From contig PPNB01000008.1 in NCBI GenBank assembly GCA_003707115.1, positions 124,001 through 188,000 of the forward strand: DNA of 64,000 nucleotides. Reading direction: 5' to 3'. Each line of letters begins with the position of its first letter. Position 1 is the first letter of the stretch. The notes under the pieces were generated by a model that saw only the letters and a list, made by a program, of their open reading frames with translations, made no database searches and was not told the DNA's origin. Source of the DNA: Tortispora ganteri (taxonomy: Eukaryota). Of the stretch, positions 44,701 through 54,374 are shown one piece after another. The position numbers and the translations under genes are program-made.

Positions 44701-45308
44701 TCGTCGCCTTCGCGAACGACACGCATACCTCTTCCACCACCACCAAAGGCGGCTTTGATAATGACGGGGTAGCCATACTTCATTACAAATTCCTTAGCAT
44801 GTTCTACGTCCTCAATTGGGCCGGGGGTACCAGGAACCACAGGGACATCGCATTCGATAGCGAGTTTACGGGCTGAGACCTTGTCACCGAGAGCGTCAAT
44901 GACCTCGGGAGAGGGGCCGATCCAGGTAATACCCGCGGCTATTACTTTGCGAGCAAACTCGGAGTTCTCAGACAAGAAGCCGTAGCCGGGATGTATCATT
45001 GAAACGCCATGCGCTTTAGCAATTTTGATAATTTCATCCATCTGAAGATAAGCCTGCACCGGAGTGTATTGGCCGGTTGTGCCAATTTGATAAGCCTCGT
45101 CAGCCTTTTGGCGAAACATAGAAAGCCGATCCTCGTGTGAGTAAACGGCGACGGTAAGCATAGAGAGCTCGTGAGCAGTACGGAAAATTCTAATAGGGAT
45201 TTCACCACGATTAGCAACCAGAAGCTTTGTCATTGAGCCCAGGATTGTGCTTTGAGCACGGATTCTGGTGACAGAAGCCTTTGGCTGTTCTTGTCCTTCG
45301 GCAGTCAT
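41781..45308 (-). CDS. PYC1: Pyruvate carboxylase
   Basis: ANRGEI biotin carboxylase, RDAHQSL carboxyltransferase, AMKME biotinylation motif. Confidence 0.97.
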   Translation of the reverse strand: MTAEGQEQPKASVTRIRAQSTILGSMTKLLVANRGEIPIRIFRTAHELSMLTVAVYSHEDRLSMFRQKADEAYQIGTTGQYTPVQAYLQMDEIIKIAKAHGVSMIHPGYGFLSENSEFARKVIAAGITWIGPSPEVIDALGDKVSARKLAIECDVPVVPGTPGPIEDVEHAKEFVMKYGYPVIIKAAFGGGGRGMRVVREGDDIRDAFLRATSEAKTAFGNGTCFIERFLDKPKHIEVQLLGDSAGNVVHLFERDCSVQRRHQKVVEIAPAKDLPTEVRDAILADAVKLATSVNYSNAGTAEFLVDNQNRHYFIEINPRIQVEHTITEEITGIDIVAAQIQIAAGALLPQLGLTQDRITTRGFAIQCRITTEDPLKNFQPDTGKIEVYRSSGGNGVRLDGGNGFAGAIISPHYDSMLVKCTCSGSTYEIARRKVIRALVEFRIRGVKTNIPFLLALLTHDVFIKGSCWTTFIDDTPGLFDMMTSQNRAQKLLAYLGDLAVNGSSIKGQVGEPKLTTDALIPTLQGPDGPIDVSTPCTEGWRNILVKDGPEAFAKAVRDFKGTLVMDTTWRDAHQSLLATRVRTIDLANIAPSTSYALSGAFALECWGGATFDVAMRFLYEDPWDRLKKLRALVPNIPFQMLLRGANGVAYSSLPDNAIEHFCEQAKKCGVDVFRVFDALNDLEQLKVGVTAVKKAGGVVEATVCYSGDMLNPDKKYNLEYYMKMVDEIVGMGTHILGIKDMAGTMKPKAATLLIGAIRAKYPDLPIHVHTHDSAGTGVASMAACAAAGADVVDAASNSMSGMTSQPSITALIASLDGSIDTGLNRAHIRAIDSYWAQMRLLYSCFEAPLLGPDPEVYEHEIPGGQLTNLLFQAQQLGLGTQWEETKKAYKAANALLGDIVKVTPTSKVVGDLAQFMVSNKLTPEEVVERADTLDFPDSVLDFFEGLMGQPYGGFPEPFRTKILRNSRPKLTKRPGLYLPPIDFDQLKKDLIKKFGKITEYDVASYTMYPKVFEDYKKFLAKYGDLSVVPTRYFLTRPAINEEFAVEIEKGKVLIMKLLAIGPLSKNTGQREVFFEMNGEIRQVAVDDVHAAVESVTRPKADPSNPGQVGAPMSGVVVEVRVKEGSEVKKGDPLVVISAMKMEMVISAPASGVIASVQVKEGDSVDGSDLVAEIKS

Positions 45309-46159
45309 TATCGGCAGAGAAATGCGGATTTAACGCAAAATTACAAGAAGAAAAAAGGACAATCAGTCGAGTAACAAAAGAATTAAGCGATTACTATCGA
45401 TTTGCAGATGTATTTCGACTCTAATTCTAGAGAAATGCGAAAGGACAAGAGATAAAGGAAAAATGATGTTACGTTTCGGATCTCTTATATAGGGGGAGTT
45501 AGCTAGGGTGGTAGGAAACAGAGCTTTATTTCTACTCCGAGCCAATCCGGTAAGAGCAATTGAAAGTAGTCCCCTAACCCTAGCTAATAAGGTTTGTAGA
45601 GTAATTTCTCTGTGTAGGCCGAGAGCGTGTTGTAAATGTTAGAAGGGCGATGTGTAGGCTGGAGGTAGGGAGGTGAATTGAAGAGTTGAGTGTTTGCGTG
45701 TCTTATTAATCAAGAGGAGGTCCTTTTAAGGATGCAGGATTGTACAACAGGATTGTACAACGGGAACGTACAGAGCAATTGCGACGCTTTACCCACCAAA
45801 ACGTGGGGAACTCCTATTGGGACTAGTGGAACGATCCGTTAGCCCATTTTGGATCTCGGTTACTGCGGAGAGAGAGCATAAATAGCCGGAGCGGCAAAGA
45901 ACTACGGTTATTTTATGGGGAAACTGCAAGCTACAATGTTGAAAAAACGAGTGTGAATAATTAGGAAATGCTTTAAATGTGGTAAGATATGTAATTGAGA
46001 ACTGACGGAAAGAGTAGAGCGGTGCAGTGTCCGGAAACTAACGAAGATCAAGTGAATAGCCGCTGGGCGCTTAACTCTATTTTCGATGAATCTGGGGTAT
46101 GTGTGTAAACTCGGAGGTAGTTTTCGCTGGATTTAGATTCGTAAAAAGCTTGAGCAGTG

Positions 46160-47392
46160 TTAGCGTAGACGGTATGCTATGCGGTCTATGCGATGTGGGT
46201 CAGCTGCGAGGAGTTGCATGATATGTTTCTGCTCTTCTATCGATCGCATAGTGAAAGGCGTTGACGAGTCGAGGTCGGTCTGCGACGAATAAGAAGGCGG
46301 GGGTTTACGCGGGATGTTGAGGCCTTGAATAACGTAGGGATAGGATGAACATGTGATGTCGCTCTTAGAATCAAGTGAATTTGATCGCGAACTATCTGTT
46401 GAAGTTTTGACGTAAGCAATAGGGTACATGACGGGATTGTGAGCGAATGATTGACGTATAGGTCGACTGTAATTAATATCCTGTTTGTCGAACCAAAACG
46501 CTTGTTGATCTGCGCTATGCCGGGACATAGAGTCGAACAGGAAATCGTCAGAGTCTAAACCGAGCCGGTTGTTCTCCCTGATTATCTCTTCGACCGTCTT
46601 GAGATGGTGTTTTCTGACTATCTTGGATATACGTTTGTCTATTTTGGCATAGCAGAATTTGGATATACTGCCACGGATATGACATAATAGTGGAACACCG
46701 ACAAGTAGGCCGGCTAAAATCTGGAGAGCGCTGATAGCCCATACACCTAGAGAGAATGTCATGAACGAGATCAGAACGACATTGATAGGTGTAGTTAATG
46801 CGATCTCACGCAAAGTCTCGATAAAAGTTGTTGTCACATTAAGCACCTGGAATAGTGTGATTGCATTAATCGCCTGTCGTGGACCATCCGCGAATACTGT
46901 CCTGATCCAACCCTTCAGCGAGAAATACGTCAGTAGTGCAGTGTAGTCAATAAACCGTTTTGATTTAGTAATAGCACCGAACACGCAAAAGTAGTTATAT
47001 CCTTTAATACATGTATAATAACTCTGTGCCCATGGATCCGTGTACGCCCGCGATATGTCGTCGGATCGAATCACTTTGTAAGCGCGGCAGAACTCGTAAC
47101 CAATAAGAATAAATGAAAAGCAAATACAGCCTACAAATATCCAGCGCGAAATGGTCATATTGACCACAGGCATTATATCACTGGTCCATCTGTCTTTGTA
47201 CATAATGAGTACGACGCAAGTGTATACATCAGAAATGTAGAAAGCGATCATAAGCAATGTATAGATCCACACCCATATATACCCTGCGATATATGTGAAT
47301 GATTTTTTTCTGAAACGAGGTATATCCAAGTATGTCCATTTGTGGTTAGGATACTCTTGTCGCATCCATCTGCTACCAGAACAACATCCCAT
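46160..47392 (-). CDS. Kch1/Prm6-like low-affinity potassium transporter
   Basis: W.R...HKW N-terminus, SDVYTC, ADGPRQAINAITL, KIDKRI.KIV motifs. Confidence 0.8.
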   Translation of the reverse strand: MGCCSGSRWMRQEYPNHKWTYLDIPRFRKKSFTYIAGYIWVWIYTLLMIAFYISDVYTCVVLIMYKDRWTSDIMPVVNMTISRWIFVGCICFSFILIGYEFCRAYKVIRSDDISRAYTDPWAQSYYTCIKGYNYFCVFGAITKSKRFIDYTALLTYFSLKGWIRTVFADGPRQAINAITLFQVLNVTTTFIETLREIALTTPINVVLISFMTFSLGVWAISALQILAGLLVGVPLLCHIRGSISKFCYAKIDKRISKIVRKHHLKTVEEIIRENNRLGLDSDDFLFDSMSRHSADQQAFWFDKQDINYSRPIRQSFAHNPVMYPIAYVKTSTDSSRSNSLDSKSDITCSSYPYVIQGLNIPRKPPPSYSSQTDLDSSTPFTMRSIEEQKHIMQLLAADPHRIDRIAYRLR

Positions 47393-47645
47393 AATGAAAT
47401 ATGTTTGGTGGAATGGCAGCTTATATCAGTAGGACACTTGCTTATAAGTTAAATTCTACATGTTCTAATCTCAACCAATTTGTTTGAAAGTACTCAAAGA
47501 CATGCCGCATTTGGAGAATGCTCATCAGGGGTGTAAGAGACAAATTCTTTTCTTTTAAAGGGACGCGCAAATTAGCGTTCGCAAATGACACATGATTTAC
47601 CAATCACAATGTGATTATATAAACTCTATTTAATAAATACAGTTA

Positions 47646-47757
47646 ATGCCGCCTGACTTTTTGTTTGTTACTATATACTATTGATTAGATAAAATAAATA
47701 GTATGCCGCCTTATTACTTTGTTGTTACTATATACTATCGATTAGATGAAATAAATA
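47646..47757. repeat. Two-copy ~57-bp tandem direct repeat in the LEA gene 3' region
   Basis: ATGCCGCC...GTTACTATATACTA.(T/C)GATTAGAT.AAATAAATA starting at 47646 and 47703. Confidence 0.85.
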
Positions 47758-47815
47758 ATGTAGATTTATTTGACTAAACGTGTAATTTATTTGACTGAAC
47801 GTCACTCATATGCGT

Positions 47816-48361
47816 TTACAATTTCTCTTTAATCTTCTTCTTTGCATCGTTCCAACTTTTTTCGGCAAATGACTTAGCATCTGCAGCCTTCTCTTCTAGC
47901 GTAGATTTTGCATCTGCAGCCTTCTCTTCTAGCGTAGATTTTACATCTGCTGCCGTCTGTTCGAATGATGATTTAGCGTTGTTAGCCTTCTCCTCAACAG
48001 TCTCGCCAGCGCTTGCTGCTTTTTCCTTCAAAGCCGAGGGAGCATCAGCTGCCTTTTCTTGCGCAGCAGTAGCGGTTTCTCTGACCTTCTCCTTAACGGT
48101 CTCTTTAGCAGCTGCTACTTTGTCCTCCATCTCCCGCGCAGACTGCTTAGCATTTTTCTTGGGTGTTGTTTCGTTTACGAGCTCCTCAACAGGTACATCT
48201 GCCTGTTCGGCCTTGACGTAGGCCTCAGAGTCGCTCGCTAAGTTCTCGCGCCACCCGGATGGGCCCTCTTTAGACACATAAGTACGTTTAGGCATAGCAA
48301 TTGTAACAATAGGACTTCTTAGAGCATAAGATCTTGCAATTGACTTGTAAGCAGCTCTCAT
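47816..48361 (-). CDS. LEA group-3-like hydrophilin with probable mitochondrial presequence
   Basis: Arg-rich, acid-free N-terminus; A/K/E-rich 11-mer repeats (AADAKSTLEEK) with a 33-nt DNA repeat at ~47877-47950. Confidence 0.7.
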   Translation of the reverse strand: MRAAYKSIARSYALRSPIVTIAMPKRTYVSKEGPSGWRENLASDSEAYVKAEQADVPVEELVNETTPKKNAKQSAREMEDKVAAAKETVKEKVRETATAAQEKAADAPSALKEKAASAGETVEEKANNAKSSFEQTAADVKSTLEEKAADAKSTLEEKAADAKSFAEKSWNDAKKKIKEKL

Positions 48362-48884
48362 TTGTCTTATTATGTCCTAAAGAGGCGTATGTATTGGCTT
48401 TATATATGTGACGCACCATATAAGCTCTAGCATGACATCATACCACAGGGCGTCTCATCAGGCGGGTCTAGACCACACGCTCTGGTTATTGGTAGAAAGT
48501 CACGTTGTTTTAAAGGAATTTCACGTTACATTCTAGAACAATAGTATCATTTCGAACTAGTGCTCTATTGCCCTTCTTTCGTTTTCATGTGCCGGTAGTG
48601 CACAAGGTACATATACCATTTATAGCGTTTCTGGAGATAGTGGTACCGTCTGTAAGTCGTTGCTGCTCAGTGATACTAAAAATCAAATATCAATTGCAAC
48701 CGTTAAGATCGCTTCAGCCGGATATTCTAGTACTAGAGTCATGATTTTGCAAATTCTAGCCAGTTCTCCTACAATGTCTTTGATCGATATCGCGTTGTTC
48801 CTAAACAAGTAACTCCCAGAGATGGCGTGCCCACAAATAGCATTTGTGAATGGTCAAATAACAACTCTTTTGCGAACGACTATT

Positions 48885-50095
48885 ATGGATTTTAGTGTAA
48901 TAAAACAAACAGGATTTGCAACAATTGAGGTGTGTATGTTTTATTGTATAATGGAATTTATTCTAACTCTTTTTAGTCCTCTTTGTCAGTGCTTATAGTG
49001 TTGTTTTCGGGTTATGCAGCGGTAGTAAAGGGCTTGCTCACACACCCAAAATCGATATCGCATGTGTGTGTATACATATTCCTGCCTGCAATGATATTTA
49101 CCGAAATGGGTCCATTCTTAACTGTGAACAATATAGAGAAACTTCTACCAATCATTGTACAGACAGTTTGCATGATGTTGGCTTCGTATTTGCTCGCAAT
49201 CATTAGTGTGTCTTGCGGGGCACAGGACTTTGTTGTAGCTGGCTCAGTATTCAACAACTCTACAGCTCTACCTCTCTTGCTTGTACGTGGTCTTGCTAAA
49301 TCCGGCGCATTAGACGCTATATTGCCTGAAGAAAATGCTCCACTCATAATTAAGCGAGCCAATGCTTACACATTGTGCTTCTCCGTTATGCACACATTTG
49401 CGCGCTTTTCGATAGGCCCTTATATGATGCACAAAACACGCCGTGCCAGTATGATCAGAAGAAGCTCGCTGATCCAAGCAGGAATGTATGAAAACTTACC
49501 TCTACTTGAGTCTACCAAGCCAAACACTTTGTCGCACAAGGTGAAATCCGCATTAAAGGCCGTCAAACACCAGCTAGGTGCAGCTTTCAACCCCGCAGTC
49601 ATCGCCTCCTTAGTCGCCTTGGTGGTGGGCATCACCCCTCCATTACACTATTTTATTTTCGACTTTGGACCTGTCGCTAGATCTTTTACAGCTGCTGTAG
49701 CTGATATGGGTGACTTGTACGCTGCTCTGCAATTGTTCGTACTGGGCTCACAACTGGTTTCTCCACCTGAAAGGCACGTCTCTAAGATATCGCTACTTGT
49801 GCTTTGCACAATTCGATATTGTGCCATGCCAGTAATCAGCATGTCGGCCGTATACCTTTTGCGATCAAACTACCCTAATTTATGGCATCGCGACCCCTTG
49901 CTAGATTTCATGCTCATGATCCTGCCAGTTGGACCTTCAGCTGTAAGCCTTGCCGCTGTCGCTGAACTAGCTGGAGCTACTTCACACGAAATATCTGTAA
50001 TTGCCCGCGTCTTGCTTGTTATATACATATTCACACCTGCCATAGCCCCTTCGGTGGTATTCGCTCTCTATCTCACAGGCAGACTATATAACTAG
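48885..50095 (+). CDS. Auxin efflux carrier / membrane transport family protein; 2 exons (48885-48929, 48977-50095)
   Basis: Many TM segments, FNNSTALPLLL motif; ORF lacks ATG unless the short intron GTGTGT...CTAAC...TAG is spliced, giving MDFSVIKQTGFATIE|SSLSVL. Confidence 0.75.
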
Positions 50096-50302
50096 ATATA
50101 ACACTTATAGGACTATATTTTTTTTTTTCGTTAATTTACGATATAATAGTTTTTCGTAGAGTAGAACGAAAACAAAACAAACAAGCGAACAAACCAGGAG
50201 TTCTGCAACAGTAGCGGGTGCAAGTGCAGGAGTATTCTGTCATTAACTAGGATGCGCTACGCACAACAAACGGAGAAAAGAAAATACGTTAGGTGAATCA
50301 GT

Positions 50303-51265
50303 TTAACGAACCATTACGTGCGCTGTTGATGACATAGGAACAGCAGATGGTGCTGAGCCTGCAGTGGAGTCGTCCTGAAAATAGGGATGCAAAAGAGCAC
50401 GCTTGGCCGATATTCTGAACGCAGGATCATATACCAAAAGACTCTCTAAAAGGTTCATACCGTCGATATCTAGAGTATTAGCCAAATCAGGAAGCTGCTC
50501 AGATAGTGGACGAGGGTTCCATTTAGGGAAAGTAGATTTGTAATCGGGTAGTGAGGTGACGCCAGGCCATGTTTCTTCGTCAGGGGTTCCAAGTATGCGA
50601 AAGATTTTGAAGATCTCGTCAATTTCTGAATCTCCAGGAAATAGAGGCCGTCTAGAAGCCATTTCTGCAAAAATGCATCCGATAGACCACATATCAACAC
50701 CTGTAGAATATTGTCTGCCGCCGAGCAATATCTCTGGTGCTCTGTACCAGAGAGTGACTACTTCGTGGGTATAGGTGTGGAGAGGAACGCCAAAAGCCCG
50801 CGCAAGACCAAAGTCCGCAAGTTTCAGGTTACCCTCCTTGTCTATGAGGAGATTTTGAGGTTTAAGATCGCGGTGGAGAATACGGTGGGAATGACAGTAC
50901 TTGGTGCCTTTCACAAGCTGAGACATGAACCGTTTGATCATGCCAGATCCAAGGCCTTCGCCTTTCGGGATGGATTCCATATACTTCTTCAAATCGAGGT
51001 CTAGAAACTCAAACACCAGATATAACTTATGATTATCTGCGTGCACGATATTGTAGAGCGACACAACATTCTCGTCTCGCATTTCCTTGAGCAGCGAAAT
51101 TTCGCGAATGGCAGTAGATGGTACGCCTTCGTCTTCGTGTTCTAAACGGATCTTCTTGAGAGCAACTGGCCGGTTACCATTCAGTGTATCACATGCTTTG
51201 TATACTACACCGTAAGTACCTTCGCCAATCTTTTCTAGCTTCTGATAATCCGATAATTCAACCAT
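50303..51265 (-). CDS. CDC28: Cyclin-dependent kinase Cdk1
   Basis: [40 protein letters not shown]. Confidence 0.97.
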   Translation of the reverse strand: MVELSDYQKLEKIGEGTYGVVYKACDTLNGNRPVALKKIRLEHEDEGVPSTAIREISLLKEMRDENVVSLYNIVHADNHKLYLVFEFLDLDLKKYMESIPKGEGLGSGMIKRFMSQLVKGTKYCHSHRILHRDLKPQNLLIDKEGNLKLADFGLARAFGVPLHTYTHEVVTLWYRAPEILLGGRQYSTGVDMWSIGCIFAEMASRRPLFPGDSEIDEIFKIFRILGTPDEETWPGVTSLPDYKSTFPKWNPRPLSEQLPDLANTLDIDGMNLLESLLVYDPAFRISAKRALLHPYFQDDSTAGSAPSAVPMSSTAHVMVR

Positions 51266-51351
51266 TGTAGCGCGTCAGTTGTTTAGTGCAAAGGGGGTCT
51301 CTTTTGGTTTGAGTTTGTTTACTTTCGTACCTCTAGCAACTACAACCCTAT

Positions 51352-51360
51352 GTCACGTGA
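51352..51360. promoter_or_regulatory. Cbf1-type E-box GTCACGTGA in CDC28/FMN1 divergent promoter
   Basis: Exact RTCACGTG match. Confidence 0.45.
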
Positions 51361-51587
51361 TATGTTTTTGGAATATCTGATATTTATAATTGCTGCCCTT
51401 TTCTAGTGTAAATATGTTTTGTGAAGCGGAAAAAACTACAGAAAGTAGTTATTATAACATATCGACAACGATTCTTGCTGTATTGGTGCAGTTGGCTGCC
51501 ATTAGCTGGGCTAGGCATTCAGTAGGGTTGTTAAGGGGAGAGCTGTCGAATTGTGAACTCACCGATCGACAACTATTTTCCTCACCA

Positions 51588-52163
51588 ATGCGCGCAGATG
51601 CTGCTGTAGGCCCCGACACTGTCGGCGAGCCTTTCCCGCTATACTTAGATGCGACTGTTTCTTCTGGATTTGGACGCGGATCGCGCGATTTGGGTGTACC
51701 TACAGCCAATGTTCCGCCAGAAGAGCTTTTCAAGAACGTCGATGCACACACAGGCGTCTACTACGGCTGGGCAAAAGTGGATTGCAGAGAGGTGGACAGC
51801 GACGAGAAAAAAGTGGCTGCTGAAACGCAGATTGCCGAACGCAGGCGGACAGTTAAAATTGACGGTGGCGAGCTTTTGGAAGCCCAGGACAAACACGTGT
51901 ATCCGATGGTGATGAGTCTGGGGTACAATCCTTTCTTTGATAACAAACTACCTACCGCAGAGGTGCATATTCTTCACAAGTTCGCGCACGACTTTTACGG
52001 AGCAAGGCTGAGAGTAATAGTACTTGGCTACCTCCGCGAAGAGCAGAACTACGACTCGTTGGAGGCGCTGATCGACGATATACAGCTAGATATACGGATC
52101 GCGCAAAAGTCTCTAGAAAGAGAAGGTTATATAAAGTACAAGTCAGACCAATTTTTTGACTGA
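51588..52163 (+). CDS. FMN1: Riboflavin kinase
   Basis: GFGRGSRDLGVPTAN, MVMSLGYNPFF, EVHILH; ATG at 51588. Confidence 0.93.
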   Translation: MRADAAVGPDTVGEPFPLYLDATVSSGFGRGSRDLGVPTANVPPEELFKNVDAHTGVYYGWAKVDCREVDSDEKKVAAETQIAERRRTVKIDGGELLEAQDKHVYPMVMSLGYNPFFDNKLPTAEVHILHKFAHDFYGARLRVIVLGYLREEQNYDSLEALIDDIQLDIRIAQKSLEREGYIKYKSDQFFD

Positions 52164-52183
52164 AACAGGCTAGTCCTTGAAGC

Positions 52184-53764
52184 TCATTCCAAAATGGGCA
52201 GAAAGTTGCCGACAATCATCATAGGAATATCGAACACATCACGACGCACAGTCCATGCACATGCAGTTCGTATTCGTCGACAACCGGGACTTAGCAAAGT
52301 GCACTGTCTCAGCGTAGCACCTCTGGAATCGCCAAATGCTAATTGCGAGAACACTTCAAAGTATTCTACCACGCTCTCATCATCCATGAGCTCCATTATA
52401 AACCGTTTTTCGTTAATGAGTTCGCTCTTCCTCCATCCCGTCAAAATACAGAACTCTTTCCCTACCGCCGCTATTTCTCCGGTACGTCTCCAGACTACTG
52501 TAGGGGTGCCTGAATACGAAATGAATTTTTCGTACTCATAAAGGGACCTCTGGAAACAGCGCTCCATGAAGATCATGTCGTCTTCTACCAATGTTTTCAT
52601 GCATGCAATAAATGAAGGACGATAGGCTGCCATTGCACGTGCAACACGCATTAGATGCGGTTTATCGAACCTTTTCCGTAGATACTGAATCAATCGATGG
52701 TAACCTTCAGTGTAAAAATACGGTTTCACGGTATTATCGTAAATCCGCGACAACGAATTGCCGCTCGTGTTTGTCTGTTTTTGCGTAGTGGCGACATTCG
52801 GGGCATCAATTAGAGAGTCGTGCGGCACCTCGTGGTTGAGGGGCGAAAATGCTAAGCTCCCGGGTATAACCTGCTGTTGCTCGTTTGCGCTAATGCTCAG
52901 CCGCCTAGCTCCGTCAGCGAAATTGGAGGTCTCGCTGGGCGAATTCGAGTAGGCCGATGACGCATATGCGCCTATCGTGCCGCCGTTGACCTTGACCCAA
53001 CTTGGATCAACCATAGGCATCTCTGGATAAGCGTACTGGCCAGCTGACGAGTCGTTTCGGAATATAGGTCTAGAATCAAGGCCTAGAGTTGAGGAGTTGG
53101 GCCCACTATTTCCTGTGCTGACATCTGAGGGTGAGTCGTTGCCCAGGATATTGGAAAGAACGCTGTACTCTAAGTTTGCCGCCTCTGAGCCGAAATCGTA
53201 GTTGCTAAGATTAAAGTCAGGCTGTGGCGCGTGAAGGTCTGTCAGAGAAGACGGGTCAATTGTACCATCAATTGTACCATCAATTGCAAATGGCTGATGC
53301 GACGTTAAGGCTGGTTGGGGGGTCTGTGGGTTGAGAAGGGCAGGAGCAAGGTCGTGCGGGACAGCGGTGAGAAGTTGATCATTATGCTGGAGTTTCGTGT
53401 CTGCAGGAGAAGCAAAGGTGTCATCAGTAGTCGTCGAGTACGAAGGAGAGTTACTGACGCCGATCATGTCTTGGGGAGCGATGTCCATTAAGTATTTTGC
53501 GCGCTTTCGCTGGCCATCACGACAAGTGTCAGCGAGTTTACGGCGCACACACCGTTTACATGGCCGCTCGTTATCACAAGTAAGATGCGCCTTTTGGCAG
53601 TGCAAGCATGCTCTGTATGCTTTTTTCCGTTTCTGCTTAGTTTGCGAGCCGGCTTGAGAGACATTGTGGGCCGAATGTCTGCCGGCGTCCTTTGGTTCCG
53701 GTTTCTTAGATCTCAGAAGCCCCGCAGAATCAGGTGCTGACGCCATCACTGCTATATCACTCAT
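52184..53764 (-). CDS. ERT1: Zn(II)2Cys6 gluconeogenesis transcription factor Ert1/AcuK
   Basis: CLHCQKAHLTCDNERPCKRC cluster; C-terminal PAS-like GTPTVVWRRTGEI...RRDVFDIPMMIVGNFLP; start ATG uncertain. Confidence 0.88.
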   Translation of the reverse strand: MSDIAVMASAPDSAGLLRSKKPEPKDAGRHSAHNVSQAGSQTKQKRKKAYRACLHCQKAHLTCDNERPCKRCVRRKLADTCRDGQRKRAKYLMDIAPQDMIGVSNSPSYSTTTDDTFASPADTKLQHNDQLLTAVPHDLAPALLNPQTPQPALTSHQPFAIDGTIDGTIDPSSLTDLHAPQPDFNLSNYDFGSEAANLEYSVLSNILGNDSPSDVSTGNSGPNSSTLGLDSRPIFRNDSSAGQYAYPEMPMVDPSWVKVNGGTIGAYASSAYSNSPSETSNFADGARRLSISANEQQQVIPGSLAFSPLNHEVPHDSLIDAPNVATTQKQTNTSGNSLSRIYDNTVKPYFYTEGYHRLIQYLRKRFDKPHLMRVARAMAAYRPSFIACMKTLVEDDMIFMERCFQRSLYEYEKFISYSGTPTVVWRRTGEIAAVGKEFCILTGWRKSELINEKRFIMELMDDESVVEYFEVFSQLAFGDSRGATLRQCTLLSPGCRRIRTACAWTVRRDVFDIPMMIVGNFLPILE

Positions 53765-54374
53765 GTATTCACGATGCAAATAGAGGTATTATTGTGTGGC
53801 AAAATCCTTATAGGATGTTCGTCAAGATTGTTGTTGTGCCTTCTCCACGGGCTTTGCTGTTAACGGTCGCCGTCACCGTACTTACTTGTACTGACGCGGT
53901 GTTGTATGTCTGCAAAAAAGTATACAAAAGGGACACACCGCCTATTCGGTGTACCAATCTAGCTTGAGATGCGAATGCAGCTGTAAACCAAATAGTCCAG
54001 TGACAAAACTACGTTAATGCGGACTCGGTTGTACGGGGTATGGGAGCGCTTGATGCAATTCAGTGACGAAGAAAAAAGGGCAAAATCTGGGGTCGCAACC
54101 ATGACAACACTGATGTGGGTTTAGGTTTACTGATGTCAATAGCGGCTGTTATTGGATAATTGCTAGATAAAGTTGACAACCGCGTTTGCGGGCACCGCGG
54201 CTAAAAAAAACCTTCATTTGTCTATTAACTGGTGTTCGAGGCTCTAAGCATTGAGAGACCGATCCAATACTGTGTCAATACCTGTAGTTGGCGGTACTGC
54301 AGTGTATGTAGCGGTATACGGATTATATTTTTAAAATTGCATCGTACAAACATCGCTAACTTCAGGTTCCGACA

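Noticed and set aside
5511..51265. Possible CUG codon reassignment (Ser/Ala clades)
   Set aside because: CTG occurs at conserved Leu positions, e.g. Cdc28 ISLLKE and Sam2 DPLSK, consistent with the standard code
53256..53286. 12-bp tandem repeat inside ERT1 (IDGTIDGTID)
   Set aside because: In-frame slippage in a disordered linker; no sign of function
33452..53764. IDH1, PYC and ERT1/AcuK as a carbon-metabolism gene cluster
   Set aside because: Separated by many unrelated genes; ordinary eukaryotic gene order
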